Below, piece by piece: positions 40,005 to 52,776 of a DNA stretch of 64,000 nucleotides. The DNA is from an uncultured delta proteobacterium (lineage in GTDB: Bacteria > Myxococcota > B64-G9). The stretch lies in the NCBI GenBank assembly GCA_963754925.1, contig CAVWHX010000004.1:555883-619882 (forward strand). Direction: 5' to 3'. The position numbers and the translations under genes are program-made. The notes beneath the pieces were generated by a model that worked only from the letters and a program-made list of their open reading frames with translations, was not told the DNA's origin and did not search any database. Within the stretch, counting starts at the first letter, position 1. The number at the start of each line of letters is the position of its first letter.

Positions 40005-40895
40005 CTAAAAGAAGCGTTTCAAGAGATTCCAGGCAATCGCCACCAGTGAACCGCCAAGGATATTTTTATCATGGCCCATCTCTGACTCCGTCATCAAGAT
40101 TGTTTCCCCATGGCTCAGGTAACGTTTAGACTCAAGCAAACGGACTTCTTCTTCAAGAGCCCGTTTTTCCTTGAGGGCTGCTTTCTGAAGCCCGCCGTCT
40201 GAGATGAATGTCAGGATCCTATTCAACTCGTCAGCATCAAACCAAGTTCCGTGTTCCCGGCAAATATCGACCACCACGCCCGAGTAACGGCCGAAGTTTT
40301 GGCGATTCATGATCGTATTGCACATGGGGCATCGAATATACCCCTGCGTGGGTACCTTATCCTTGAATTGGTTTGCTGCGGTTGCCGTCTTGTCCTGATT
40401 CACTGCCTTCGGCCGAGGAGCGGTCATCTGCGTGATGGCGACCGCCTGATCTCTATCCCGGTATATCTTTTCTAATGTTTCACGATCCACCCACATACCT
40501 TCACATTGTGCGCAGCGCTCAAGCGGATTACTTCCAACCACCTCGACCTGCAACAGCTGGTCTTTGCAGCGCGGGCAGGCATGCTGAGTTTGGCTTCCGT
40601 GGACAATCAGCCTACCGGCAAGCGCTTCTCCGCAATGGGGGCAATACGCTACCCCTGCAAAGGTCGCCCCGAAGCAATTGGGGCACAGGCCGGTAGCCAG
40701 CCGTGTGTCGCAAAAAGAACATCGGCCTGCGATCGGATCAACCGGTGCCCCACACGCCGGACAGTTTATTTTGCCCGCTTCAGTTGGGCCCGCAGGCACG
40801 AGAATCGTGAGTCCACACGGGCAACGAATGGTTTCGCCGGGGGAAGCCGCCCCAGAATCGATATGTCGCTTGCAGCGAGTACAAACGATAATCAT
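40005..40895 (-). CDS. multi-zinc-ribbon protein with two zf-TFIIB-like domains
   Basis: Numerous CxxC pairs; CPRC...ERCAQCEGMWVD and CPMC...DICREHGTWFDADEL. Confidence 0.75.
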   Translation of the reverse strand: MIIVCTRCKRHIDSGAASPGETIRCPCGLTILVPAGPTEAGKINCPACGAPVDPIAGRCSFCDTRLATGLCPNCFGATFAGVAYCPHCGEALAGRLIVHGSQTQHACPRCKDQLLQVEVVGSNPLERCAQCEGMWVDRETLEKIYRDRDQAVAITQMTAPRPKAVNQDKTATAANQFKDKVPTQGYIRCPMCNTIMNRQNFGRYSGVVVDICREHGTWFDADELNRILTFISDGGLQKAALKEKRALEEEVRLLESKRYLSHGETILMTESEMGHDKNILGGSLVAIAWNLLKRFF

Positions 40896-41109
40896 GTCGA
40901 TAGATCCTGTCCTCAATCTCCCCTACCATTGATACTACAAAAGCGAGTTGATTTTCCAGATAATCGCCGCCTAACGATCCGCAGGTGATATTAAAAAAGC
41001 TCGACTTGGGATTTAAATTAGGGTAGGCAGCGTTTCACGGTTTGTGAGGGAACTGAACCTATAGGATTATTAAGTTCTGGGCCAACCATTTTGAGAAAGG
41101 AGACACCGT

Positions 41110-41343
41110 ATGGATCAACATACCGGTGAGCTCAAACGAAAAGTTAGAGACTCTTACGAACGAAGTGAGTTAGAGTCTCTTATCCCCTTGGGGGTCAGAG
41201 ACTCCGACGACGAGGATGACGATGAGTTTGATGATGAAGACCTCGATGAAGAGGACGAAGAATATGAGGATGAAGATGAAGATTTCGATGAAGAGGACGA
41301 GGATTACGATGATGAAGATGAAGATTTCGATGAAGACGCATGA
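41110..41343 (+). CDS. small extremely acidic protein carrying an in-frame mini-element
   Basis: GAAAGGAG RBS; D/E-rich tail; 51-bp element at 41144-41194 in frame. Confidence 0.65.
   Translation: MDQHTGELKRKVRDSYERSELESLIPLGVRDSDDEDDDEFDDEDLDEEDEEYEDEDEDFDEEDEDYDDEDEDFDEDA
41144..41194 (+). repeat. dumbbell mini-element (51 bp), intragenic and in frame
   Basis: ttagagactc-ttacgaacgaagtgagtta-gagtctctta-tccccttggggg, followed by the target tcagagactc. Confidence 0.88.
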
Positions 41344-41345
41344 GT

Positions 41346-41391
41346 CCTAGGGTTGAAACCCGAGGCTATACCCCCTCGCTGCTGCGCAGCT
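41346..41391. repeat. REP-like palindrome
   Basis: cctagggttgaaacccgaggcta followed by gctgctgcgcagc, between convergent genes; only one copy in the window. Confidence 0.4.
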
Positions 41392-41458
41392 AACCCATAG
41401 CTGACACCGATACAAACAGGATAGGTTTCCTGTTCTAAACGCTGCGAACCAGCGAAGG

Positions 41459-41509
41459 TTAGAGACTCTTACGAACGACGTGAGTTAGAGTCTCTTATCC
41501 CTGAGGGGG
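41459..41509 (+). repeat. dumbbell mini-element overlapping the mutM stop
   Basis: ttagagactc-ttacgaacgacgtgagtta-gagtctctta-tccctgaggggg, nearly identical to the 41144 copy. Confidence 0.88.
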
Positions 41510-42343
41510 AATAGAGCTTGTGGGTTCAACCCCAGGAACTTGGCAGCGTGGACAAATACGGGTACCGCGCTGGGCCACTCGAAAATAAACAATCGCCGTT
41601 TTGCAACGCCGGCATGGTTGACCCTCATGGCCGTAGACGCGTAGGGACTGCTGCATACGGCCGCCGGGATAGACCTCATCAAAGGAGGTACCGTTGTTTT
41701 GGATGGCCTCTCGCAACACGTGTACGATAGCTCGGCGCAAGGAGCGGATGGCCGTATCGCTCAGTCGATCCGTGCGCTCAAGGGGGTGCAGTCGTGCACG
41801 AAACAACGCCTCGTCAGTATAGATATTTCCGAGGCCAGCGATGAGTGTTTGATCGAGCAGAAGGGGCTTTAGTTTTCGCGCGCTTTTCGAAAACAACGCC
41901 CGGAGCGCCGATACGGTAAAGGTAGGTCCCAGCGGTTCAAGACCGAGTCTCCGATCCAGTTCGTTCATAGTTGGAATCAGCTCGATGCGTCCAAACTTGC
42001 GCGCGTCGCAAAACAGCAGACGCCCGCCCCGGTCAAACTCCCAGAAAGCGCGGAGGTGCTCCGGCTCTTCGGTAGCGGCGCTCTCCCAGAGGATGCGACC
42101 ACTCATGCGCAGATGAACCGCCAAGACGCCGATAGACCGGTTTCGTCCGCCCAGGTGGAACACAATCCACTTCCCCCGCCGAGTGACCTGAGTAATCGTA
42201 GCCCCTTGGAGGGCGCGCTGAACCACGGTGATGTTCGGCTTTATTTGGCGTTTCCAGCTAGCGCGAAAGCGACGAATGGTACGTCCGACTACTCGCGTGC
42301 GCAGGTCGCGGGTGATGATTTCAACTTCGGGGAGTTCAGGCAT
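41495..42343 (-). CDS. mutM: formamidopyrimidine-DNA glycosylase
   Basis: MPELPEVE, RRGK, HLRMSG, DARKFG, LLDQ..IAGLGNIY.DE, zinc finger CRRC...CPRC. Confidence 0.96.
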   Translation of the reverse strand: MPELPEVEIITRDLRTRVVGRTIRRFRASWKRQIKPNITVVQRALQGATITQVTRRGKWIVFHLGGRNRSIGVLAVHLRMSGRILWESAATEEPEHLRAFWEFDRGGRLLFCDARKFGRIELIPTMNELDRRLGLEPLGPTFTVSALRALFSKSARKLKPLLLDQTLIAGLGNIYTDEALFRARLHPLERTDRLSDTAIRSLRRAIVHVLREAIQNNGTSFDEVYPGGRMQQSLRVYGHEGQPCRRCKTAIVYFRVAQRGTRICPRCQVPGVEPTSSIPPQG

Positions 42344-42370
42344 ACAACCTTCGAAGCTGGGTCGGGGCGC

Positions 42371-42757
42371 TTAGGTCTTCCCGTCTTTGCGGGCCCGGGA
42401 TAGGTTGCGGTCAACAATTTGCTCGATAAGTTGCATCGAGTTTTGATCGAAATTAACGAACTCAACACCCATCCCGCATGAACCTTTGTTTTTCCCATCC
42501 GGATCGGGGCGATTAACACGCACCACCTTACCCAGGCCCTCGATGAGCTTGGAGCCGTCCTTAAGATAAAATTGTAAATATATGAGGGTACCCTCTTCGC
42601 GAATCTCCTCAGTGCGGATGAACATACCGCCGATGCTGATGTCGGTCGAGTACTCTGCTAAAAAGTCATCGAGGGTGTCGAAGCGGTACTGGATCAACAA
42701 CGATAGCGGCACACGCTGGTAGCGGCGGCGCTCTGAACTGTCGCCTTTTTTTCCCAT
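42371..42757 (-). CDS. PilZ-domain protein (TIGR02266 myxobacterial type)
   Basis: ERRRYQRVP, DISIGGMFIRT, GKVVRVN, GMGVEF. Confidence 0.85.
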   Translation of the reverse strand: MGKKGDSSERRRYQRVPLSLLIQYRFDTLDDFLAEYSTDISIGGMFIRTEEIREEGTLIYLQFYLKDGSKLIEGLGKVVRVNRPDPDGKNKGSCGMGVEFVNFDQNSMQLIEQIVDRNLSRARKDGKT

Positions 42758-42952
42758 GGGGCCTCCCAACTTCATTTTTCCACATGACGTTTCCTATCAT
42801 AGAACACCCTCGTCGTATTGGTCAAGTTGCGGAAGGCTTGTGTGCCGACGATTGACAAGCGGAACGTCGAAGGATAGGTTGCGTTCTTGTTTGACCCTTG
42901 ACGTCATAGTGAAGAGTGGTTGGCCGATTGCACTGAAGTAGGAGGACTATCG

Positions 42953-43900
42953 ATGCCAGGCATTGGAATTGTTTGCAATCCAAATGCAGGAAAGCACAAC
43001 TCCTACAGAAAGCAACTCGGCGAGCGCCTGGCCTCGTGCGTCGGTGCCAACGGGACCGTGCGCGAGACCAGCTCGGTGGATGAGATCGACCAGGTTGCCA
43101 AGGACTTTTTGTCCAACAACATCGACATCCTCGGCATTAGCGGCGGAGATGGGTCTAATCATTTCACCCTCTCCACGTTTATCAAGGTCTATAACGACGC
43201 GCCGCTGCCAAAAGTGGCTTTTTTATGCGGCGGGACGCATAACGCCCACGCCGCTTCGATCGGCATTCGCGGCACTCCCGAAAAATTGCTTGAGAATATT
43301 GCGGGTAAATACCATGACGGTGAATCGTTTGAACTCATCCACCGAAATATTTTGCGAGTCAACGACGGCAGCGCGGTTCGGTATGGTTTCACGCTGGCGA
43401 CCGGCTTCATGCACCGCTTTATGGAAGACCTCGTCGTACACCAGGGCGATTCGGTCGTTAAAACCGCCCGGAAGTTATCTTCCTGGATCGGCTCATGGAT
43501 AATCCATGGCGAAAAGATTCGAAAAGCCTTTGAGCCTCAGCCTGCCCGGGTGATCGTTGACCATCAATGCTTGGCGTGGGAGCGCATCAACGGCATCTCC
43601 GCTTCGGCCATGGAACGGCTAGGGCTCGGCTTCACCCCCTACCTTCGCGCCGGCGACAAACCCGGCTACTTTCCCTTCAGCGTCATGCGCGTCTCACCGA
43701 GCACGTTTGTTACAAAACTGATGTGGGACTACAAAAAAAGCAGGATTCCTACCCACCCCGATCAAATCAATGATATATGCACTTCAATACTCCTGGAGGC
43801 GCAATCACCGGTGGGGTACGTCCTTGATGGAGAGATCTACAGCGGTTCACCCCGCATAGAGGTCACCACCGGGCCAGGCTTTGATTTGATAGTCCGGTAA
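42953..43900 (+). CDS. diacylglycerol/lipid kinase family protein
   Basis: IVCNPNAGK, GGDGS, GGTHN, VLDGE; AGGAGG RBS. Confidence 0.8.
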   Translation: MPGIGIVCNPNAGKHNSYRKQLGERLASCVGANGTVRETSSVDEIDQVAKDFLSNNIDILGISGGDGSNHFTLSTFIKVYNDAPLPKVAFLCGGTHNAHAASIGIRGTPEKLLENIAGKYHDGESFELIHRNILRVNDGSAVRYGFTLATGFMHRFMEDLVVHQGDSVVKTARKLSSWIGSWIIHGEKIRKAFEPQPARVIVDHQCLAWERINGISASAMERLGLGFTPYLRAGDKPGYFPFSVMRVSPSTFVTKLMWDYKKSRIPTHPDQINDICTSILLEAQSPVGYVLDGEIYSGSPRIEVTTGPGFDLIVR

Positions 43901-43947
43901 CGAAAGAAGCAATTGCAGCATTGCCTATGTGTTGTCATCCCCGCGAA

Positions 43948-43998
43948 CCCCTAAAGGGATAAGAGACGGTATCTCCCTTCGGTCGTAACAGTCTCTAA
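43948..43998 (-). repeat. dumbbell mini-element (51 bp) nested in a GTCAT...ATGAC palindrome
   Basis: cccctaaaggga-taagagacgg-tatctcccttcggtcgtaa-cagtctctaa. Confidence 0.8.
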
Positions 43999-44072
43999 CC
44001 GCACGCCGCTTGCGCGAGAATGACGAGTATGCGGATCCCGTTCAGCGCGAAGAATTTTATCTACGCATCTTT

Positions 44073-44489
44073 CTATTTGGCAAGCTTGGCAACTCTAAGG
44101 CGAGTCTCTGCGCGGGCGAGGTGCTCCTGCACATGAACCATACTGGATTCGTCCGTCGTTTTGATGGCGTTCGCGAGGTTTTTCCTGGCCTCTTCGTAGT
44201 CCCTGGTAGCGCGTTCCACATCAATATCTTCGGGGCGCTCAAGCGAATCGGCAAGCACCGTCACGCCGTCCCGATAGACTTCGACAAATCCGCCACCAAT
44301 AGCGCATGAAAAAGACCGGTCGTTTTGAACATAGCGCACCACGCCTGGGATCAACGTTGACACCAGCCGGGCGTGACCCGCCAGCACCCCCAGCTCACCC
44401 TCCTCGCCGGGAACAATCACACCGTCGACCGCATCCTCAAAAACGCTACGATCAGGGGTCAGCAACCTGAGCTTGAAAGTCTTGGCCAC
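44073..44489 (-). CDS. atpC: ATP synthase F1 epsilon subunit
   Basis: LLTPDR, PGEEGELGVLAGHA, GGFVEV, VLAD; last gene of the atp cluster. Confidence 0.93.
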   Translation of the reverse strand: MAKTFKLRLLTPDRSVFEDAVDGVIVPGEEGELGVLAGHARLVSTLIPGVVRYVQNDRSFSCAIGGGFVEVYRDGVTVLADSLERPEDIDVERATRDYEEARKNLANAIKTTDESSMVHVQEHLARAETRLRVAKLAK

Positions 44490-44500
44490 AATTGACTCCT

Positions 44501-46832
<2,332 letters not shown>

Positions 46833-46838
46833 GGGAAC

Positions 46839-48377
<1,539 letters not shown>

Positions 48378-48398
48378 GGCTCCCTCTTCCGAAAAAAG

Positions 48399-48941
48399 TT
48401 ATGTCCGGTGTGTCAGCAAGCTCTCCCGCAGGCGGCGCAGCCCGGCTTGCACGCTGCCATCCACCACCAGGCTGCCCAATCGCACGGACATCCCGCCGAT
48501 GAGCTGCGGGTTGACGCGCAATTCCATAAGGACCTCGCGGCCCAGCGACGTGCTGAGAGTATCGCGAAGCCCTTTCTTCGCCTGTGCATCGAGCGCTGTG
48601 GCGCTTTCAACGACAACGCGAACCCGATTTTTTTGTTGGTCGACATACTCGGCAAAGATCTCAATGATGCCCTCAAGTTGATTCATCCGGCGCCGCTCTG
48701 CCAAGAGTTCGAGAAAACGATCGAGCGGGTGCTTTATCGCGAGCTTCTCAATAATCATTTTGAGGACCCGCATACGCTCGTTCTCCTGGAAAGCTGGGCT
48801 CTGCAGCACCTGACGTAAGCTTGGGTTCTGCTCGATCAGGTTGCCAAACTCGATCAAGCGATCGGCTATGGGCTGCGGATCAGCCTGCGTTAGGTCCATC
48901 AAAGCACGGGCGTAACGACGAGCGACGCTGCGGTTGATCAC
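48399..48941 (-). CDS. atpH: ATP synthase delta subunit
   Basis: VARRYARAL, P.LIGG..V.LGS.VVDGSV; start approximate. Confidence 0.9.
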   Translation of the reverse strand: MINRSVARRYARALMDLTQADPQPIADRLIEFGNLIEQNPSLRQVLQSPAFQENERMRVLKMIIEKLAIKHPLDRFLELLAERRRMNQLEGIIEIFAEYVDQQKNRVRVVVESATALDAQAKKGLRDTLSTSLGREVLMELRVNPQLIGGMSVRLGSLVVDGSVQAGLRRLRESLLTHRT

Positions 48942-49121
48942 GGGTGCGATTCCTTTACTTCCCCCCAAACCGGGCGCAGTACACCATGGATTGACTCGTT
49001 CGTCAAGAAATATCTAAAGAGACGCCGGAGATCAGATAATTAGTTGTTATTTATTGTTAATTATATGACGCGGCCTGAAAAGATTTTCTCGAAAAATACC
49101 GCTACAACGGCCGGGCGGCCC

Positions 49122-49535
49122 TTAGAAATGCTCAGGTAGGTTGTCCCGAATAAACCGTACCAGCGCCTGTCGCTGCCCCTCATCGATGCCTGAAAAAACC
49201 AAGGCTATATCGTAACGGGCGCCGATAATCACCGCATTGCAGCGGACCACTTCGGCGAGGACAATCAGGGGACGAGTGGAAGGTGCTCCAAAGTGCTTTA
49301 AGAACGTTTTTGAGTACCGCTGCCAGCCGGAGATGTTCATCTCAATTTTTAACAGGGTCTTCTCCGGGAAGAACTTTTTAGACTCGATCTGGAGCCCGCC
49401 GCCAGAAATGTCCTTGATCCGGGCGGACTCATACTGCCCCCGGTCCGGAAACGCAAACTCCTTAACCTGAATGACATCTGTGCGGTTGAGGCGCTCGAAT
49501 TGACGGCGTTCTGGTTTGTTCTTTTTGGTCATCAA
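49122..49535 (-). CDS. PilZ-domain protein
   Basis: ERRQFER (RxxxR) and DISGGG (DxSxxG) c-di-GMP motifs; AEVVR. Confidence 0.8.
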   Translation of the reverse strand: MMTKKNKPERRQFERLNRTDVIQVKEFAFPDRGQYESARIKDISGGGLQIESKKFFPEKTLLKIEMNISGWQRYSKTFLKHFGAPSTRPLIVLAEVVRCNAVIIGARYDIALVFSGIDEGQRQALVRFIRDNLPEHF

Positions 49536-49661
49536 AGTTACTTTTATTTTTACATCAGAGATACGACGGAATCAAGCTTGTCTTTCATTCTGATGCGCGT
49601 GCCCTGGGCACGGTGAGGAACCTACCCAGAAAGCATTCGCCGCCATACATTCTAGGCGCAC

Positions 49662-49696
49662 AAGAAAAGCGCCGGTCCAGGGATGGACCGGCGCTT
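49662..49696 (-). terminator. Rho-independent terminator of the Cys-rich lipoprotein gene
   Basis: Minus strand aagcgccggtcca-tccc-tggaccggcgctt followed by ttctt. Confidence 0.7.
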
Positions 49697-49724
49697 GGAT
49701 AGCCTTAACTTCTTAGTTAGGACA

Positions 49725-52094
49725 TCATGGAGTGCAGGCTGCGCCTGTGCAGTGCGTCAGAACCGTCGCGCAGGGCACATTACCGGTCAACTTGATGGCG
49801 GTGACTGGAACAGCGCTAGAGTCTGGCACGACGTTGAGGGCCCCTGTCGCCCCGGCCGTGCTACCAAAGATGTAGCCTACGGTCGGGAAGGACGTGGTGC
49901 CGATGTTGGTGGTCGCGTTTGTCAGTACCATGTTGGCAAGCGATATACTCATGGTAAGGCCAGCAAACGCATCAAGGTTCAACGCCCCAAAGATCGTGGT
50001 CGGGAGCGTGATGCCATAGACGCCGTCCCCGTCCGAATCAATCGCCCCAGAGCAGGTCGTGGGTAGGGTGCCGGCTGGGTACGGATAGGTCAAGGTCGAT
50101 GGAGGGGCCGGACAGGTATTGGTAGTCGGCGGCGGTGGTCCACCCCAACCGCTGTTGATCGTGAAGCTCGGGAACGCTACCGTTTGGCCCACTTGGTAAC
50201 ACACACCCGCCTCCGATGCCGACCCGCTCAGCGACGCAAGCACCGCTGGCGTGTAGGTAACGCTAAACGGAATGGGGCTGGTAGCGGTAGTGCTCAATGA
50301 GCAGATCTCAAACTGTGCGGTCGTCGTGCAGGCGGTGAGGTCGTTGCTGATAACCATGCGCTGTACGACGTCAATGGTGGCGCCCGTTAGCGTGCCGACG
50401 GGGCTTGGCGCGGTGATGGTGCCCGTGGTCGTAACGCGGGTGATCCAGGTGCCGCTCAAATCGGGTCCGGTGCAGGTTGCAAGTGGACATGTATTACAGG
50501 TGCCAGAACAGTCGCTGTCACTGCACGCGTTACAGCCAGTCGGGCAGCAGCCGTCTTTGGTAGTGCCACTGCAGGTCGTGATCGGCGTGTAGACGCACGT
50601 GGCAAGGCAAGTGCCCGCGCCTTGCAGCACCGCGGTGTGGCAGGCGTCAGGAGGCGTGCAGCTCGTTGGGCAGGCGCCCGGTTGACCCGCAGGGATAGCG
50701 GTGTCGCAGGTCTCACCGGTCTCGACGACGCCGTTGCCGCAGCAGGGTACGATCGGTGTGTTCGTACATTTAGACGTGCAGGTCGCCGCGCTTCCCGAGA
50801 GGGTGGACGTGGTGCACTTATTGGGGGCGGTGCAGCTCGTCGGGCAGGTACTCGGCGGGTCGCAGGTTTCGCCGGCCTCGACGATGCCGTTGCCGCAGCA
50901 GGGCACGATTGGCGTATTCACACATTTAGCCGTGCAGGCGGAGCCTGTAAGCGCCGAGGTGTTGCAGACGGGGGGTGTACAGCTTGTCGGGCATGCGCCT
51001 GTTTGACCCGCGGGAATTGCGGTGTCGCAGTTCTCGCCGGCCTCGACTATGCCGTTGCCGCAGCAGGGGGTGATTGTCGCAACCACGCACTTGGCCGTGC
51101 AGGCGGAGCCTGTAAGCGTCGAGGTGTGGCAGGCGTCAGGGGCCTTGCAGCTCGTTGGGCACGCGCCCGTTTGACCCGCGGCTATTGCCGTGTCGCAGGT
51201 CTCGCCAGAGTCGACCGTGCCGTTGCCGCAGCAGGGTACGATCGCCGTGTTTACACATTGAGCAGTGCAGGCGGAGCCTGTAAGCGCCGAGGTGTGGCAG
51301 GCGTCAGGAGGCGTGCAGCTCGTCGGGCACGCGCCCGTTTGACCCGCCGCGATCCCGGTATCGCAGGTCTCGCCGGTCTCGACTTTGCCGTCGCCGCAGG
51401 TGGCCGTCGTGGTTCCCGCGCACTCGTCAAGCTTCGGGTCGGTGACTGGTGTCTTGGTGCTCGTGAGGGTCGCATTCAATACCACCGCGGCCCCACCGAG
51501 GAGCGGAATATTGGTAGGGATGGTCAGGTTGAGGACTTGATGGATGCTCAGGCCGGTCCCCTTGATCACGAGGTTTAACAGACCCGTGAGATTGAGTTTG
51601 ACCGTGGCATCGAGGTTGAGTGTTAGGGGAATCGGCGGGATGAGTTTTTGAACGACTGCGTTTGCGGACTTTGTCTCCGTGGGGATAGTAAGCTTAAAGG
51701 TGGCATCCTGGAAAATCAAGGGCCGCAGGTAGCAAACGCCGCCCGCCGTGTCACCAGTCGGTATGTCGGTGCATAGGGTGCCGCTTGAGATCGTCCCAAG
51801 CATTATGGCGGTACCCGCAGCGGCGAAACTGTTAACCACAACCGTGCCGGGCACGCCTTGGGGCGAAATCAGCTTGGTGGTATCGATGGTGACCGTGGTA
51901 TTCACGTTACCGACGAGATTGCTTACCACCGTGCCGCTACCAAGGGATGCCGGGAGAGTGATACTCAAAGTATTTGACGCCGCCGGATCCATTACCAACA
52001 ATGTAGGAAGGTTAATCTTCCCGCAGGCCGATAGAACCATTGCACTCATCAGAACAATAGCGAACATTGAGACAATCTTTTTCTCCCTTATCAT
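49725..52094 (-). CDS. Cys-rich repeat lipoprotein 1 (5 myxobacterial CGxG..E.GE.CD repeats plus conserved C-terminal domain)
   Basis: AGGAGG RBS; lipobox LSAC; about 56-aa disulfide repeats; C-domain GTWITRVTT...CATVLTHCTGAACTP. Confidence 0.85.
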   Translation of the reverse strand: MIREKKIVSMFAIVLMSAMVLSACGKINLPTLLVMDPAASNTLSITLPASLGSGTVVSNLVGNVNTTVTIDTTKLISPQGVPGTVVVNSFAAAGTAIMLGTISSGTLCTDIPTGDTAGGVCYLRPLIFQDATFKLTIPTETKSANAVVQKLIPPIPLTLNLDATVKLNLTGLLNLVIKGTGLSIHQVLNLTIPTNIPLLGGAAVVLNATLTSTKTPVTDPKLDECAGTTTATCGDGKVETGETCDTGIAAGQTGACPTSCTPPDACHTSALTGSACTAQCVNTAIVPCCGNGTVDSGETCDTAIAAGQTGACPTSCKAPDACHTSTLTGSACTAKCVVATITPCCGNGIVEAGENCDTAIPAGQTGACPTSCTPPVCNTSALTGSACTAKCVNTPIVPCCGNGIVEAGETCDPPSTCPTSCTAPNKCTTSTLSGSAATCTSKCTNTPIVPCCGNGVVETGETCDTAIPAGQPGACPTSCTPPDACHTAVLQGAGTCLATCVYTPITTCSGTTKDGCCPTGCNACSDSDCSGTCNTCPLATCTGPDLSGTWITRVTTTGTITAPSPVGTLTGATIDVVQRMVISNDLTACTTTAQFEICSLSTTATSPIPFSVTYTPAVLASLSGSASEAGVCYQVGQTVAFPSFTINSGWGGPPPPTTNTCPAPPSTLTYPYPAGTLPTTCSGAIDSDGDGVYGITLPTTIFGALNLDAFAGLTMSISLANMVLTNATTNIGTTSFPTVGYIFGSTAGATGALNVVPDSSAVPVTAIKLTGNVPCATVLTHCTGAACTP

Positions 52095-52776
52095 GGTATT
52101 TCCTCCTGGTTCATGGTTTGAACAAATGGGCAGGAAGGCGGTATTGTCCAGCACCTTTCACCACCGCATTTGTCCGATTAAAAAACAAATAAATTTTTTC
52201 ACCTCCTCGACCCCTGGGGCCAAAAAAATTTGGTTTAAAAGTGACACGGTGTGCAAGAATCGTGTTGTCACCTTCGCTCCTTGTGCCGATCATAAAATAC
52301 CGAATGCCTGTAAAAGTTAATTAGTACACCCTGTAAAATAGGAGTCAACAGAAAAATACAAAAAAACTATTTTTTTCATTGTTGTTATTAATTATGCAGG
52401 GTAATTGACAGTCAAACAAATACATCGCTAAATTATTAAAACATATAAATATCAACGTATTATATCAATTGTGGGTAAGACAAATCACCTAGGTTTACTC
52501 AGGATAACTTATATCTATCATTATAAATATACTGTAATATTATTATGTTAGTGATTTTTTGGCCGCTGGAAAATATTTTTTCTGAGCCTATAGTTAATAC
52601 ACAGGGTGCGATTAGTCAACACATCAAGTAAAGCAGGTCGCACCTTTGCTAAGTGTCATGACCATGTCGCAGGGTGTGTCGCTATTCAGCTTGGTTGACC
52701 TCACGAGACGTACTTTAGAAAGCGGCTGGCCCACGGATGGACCGATGCTTCGCGGGCTTTCGGGTTATTTACAACA

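Noticed and set aside
25868-43998. Dumbbell repeats as sequencing-adapter artefacts or simple terminators
   Set aside because: Copies diverge with compensatory changes, and one preserves a reading frame; they lack U-tracts and occur in both orientations
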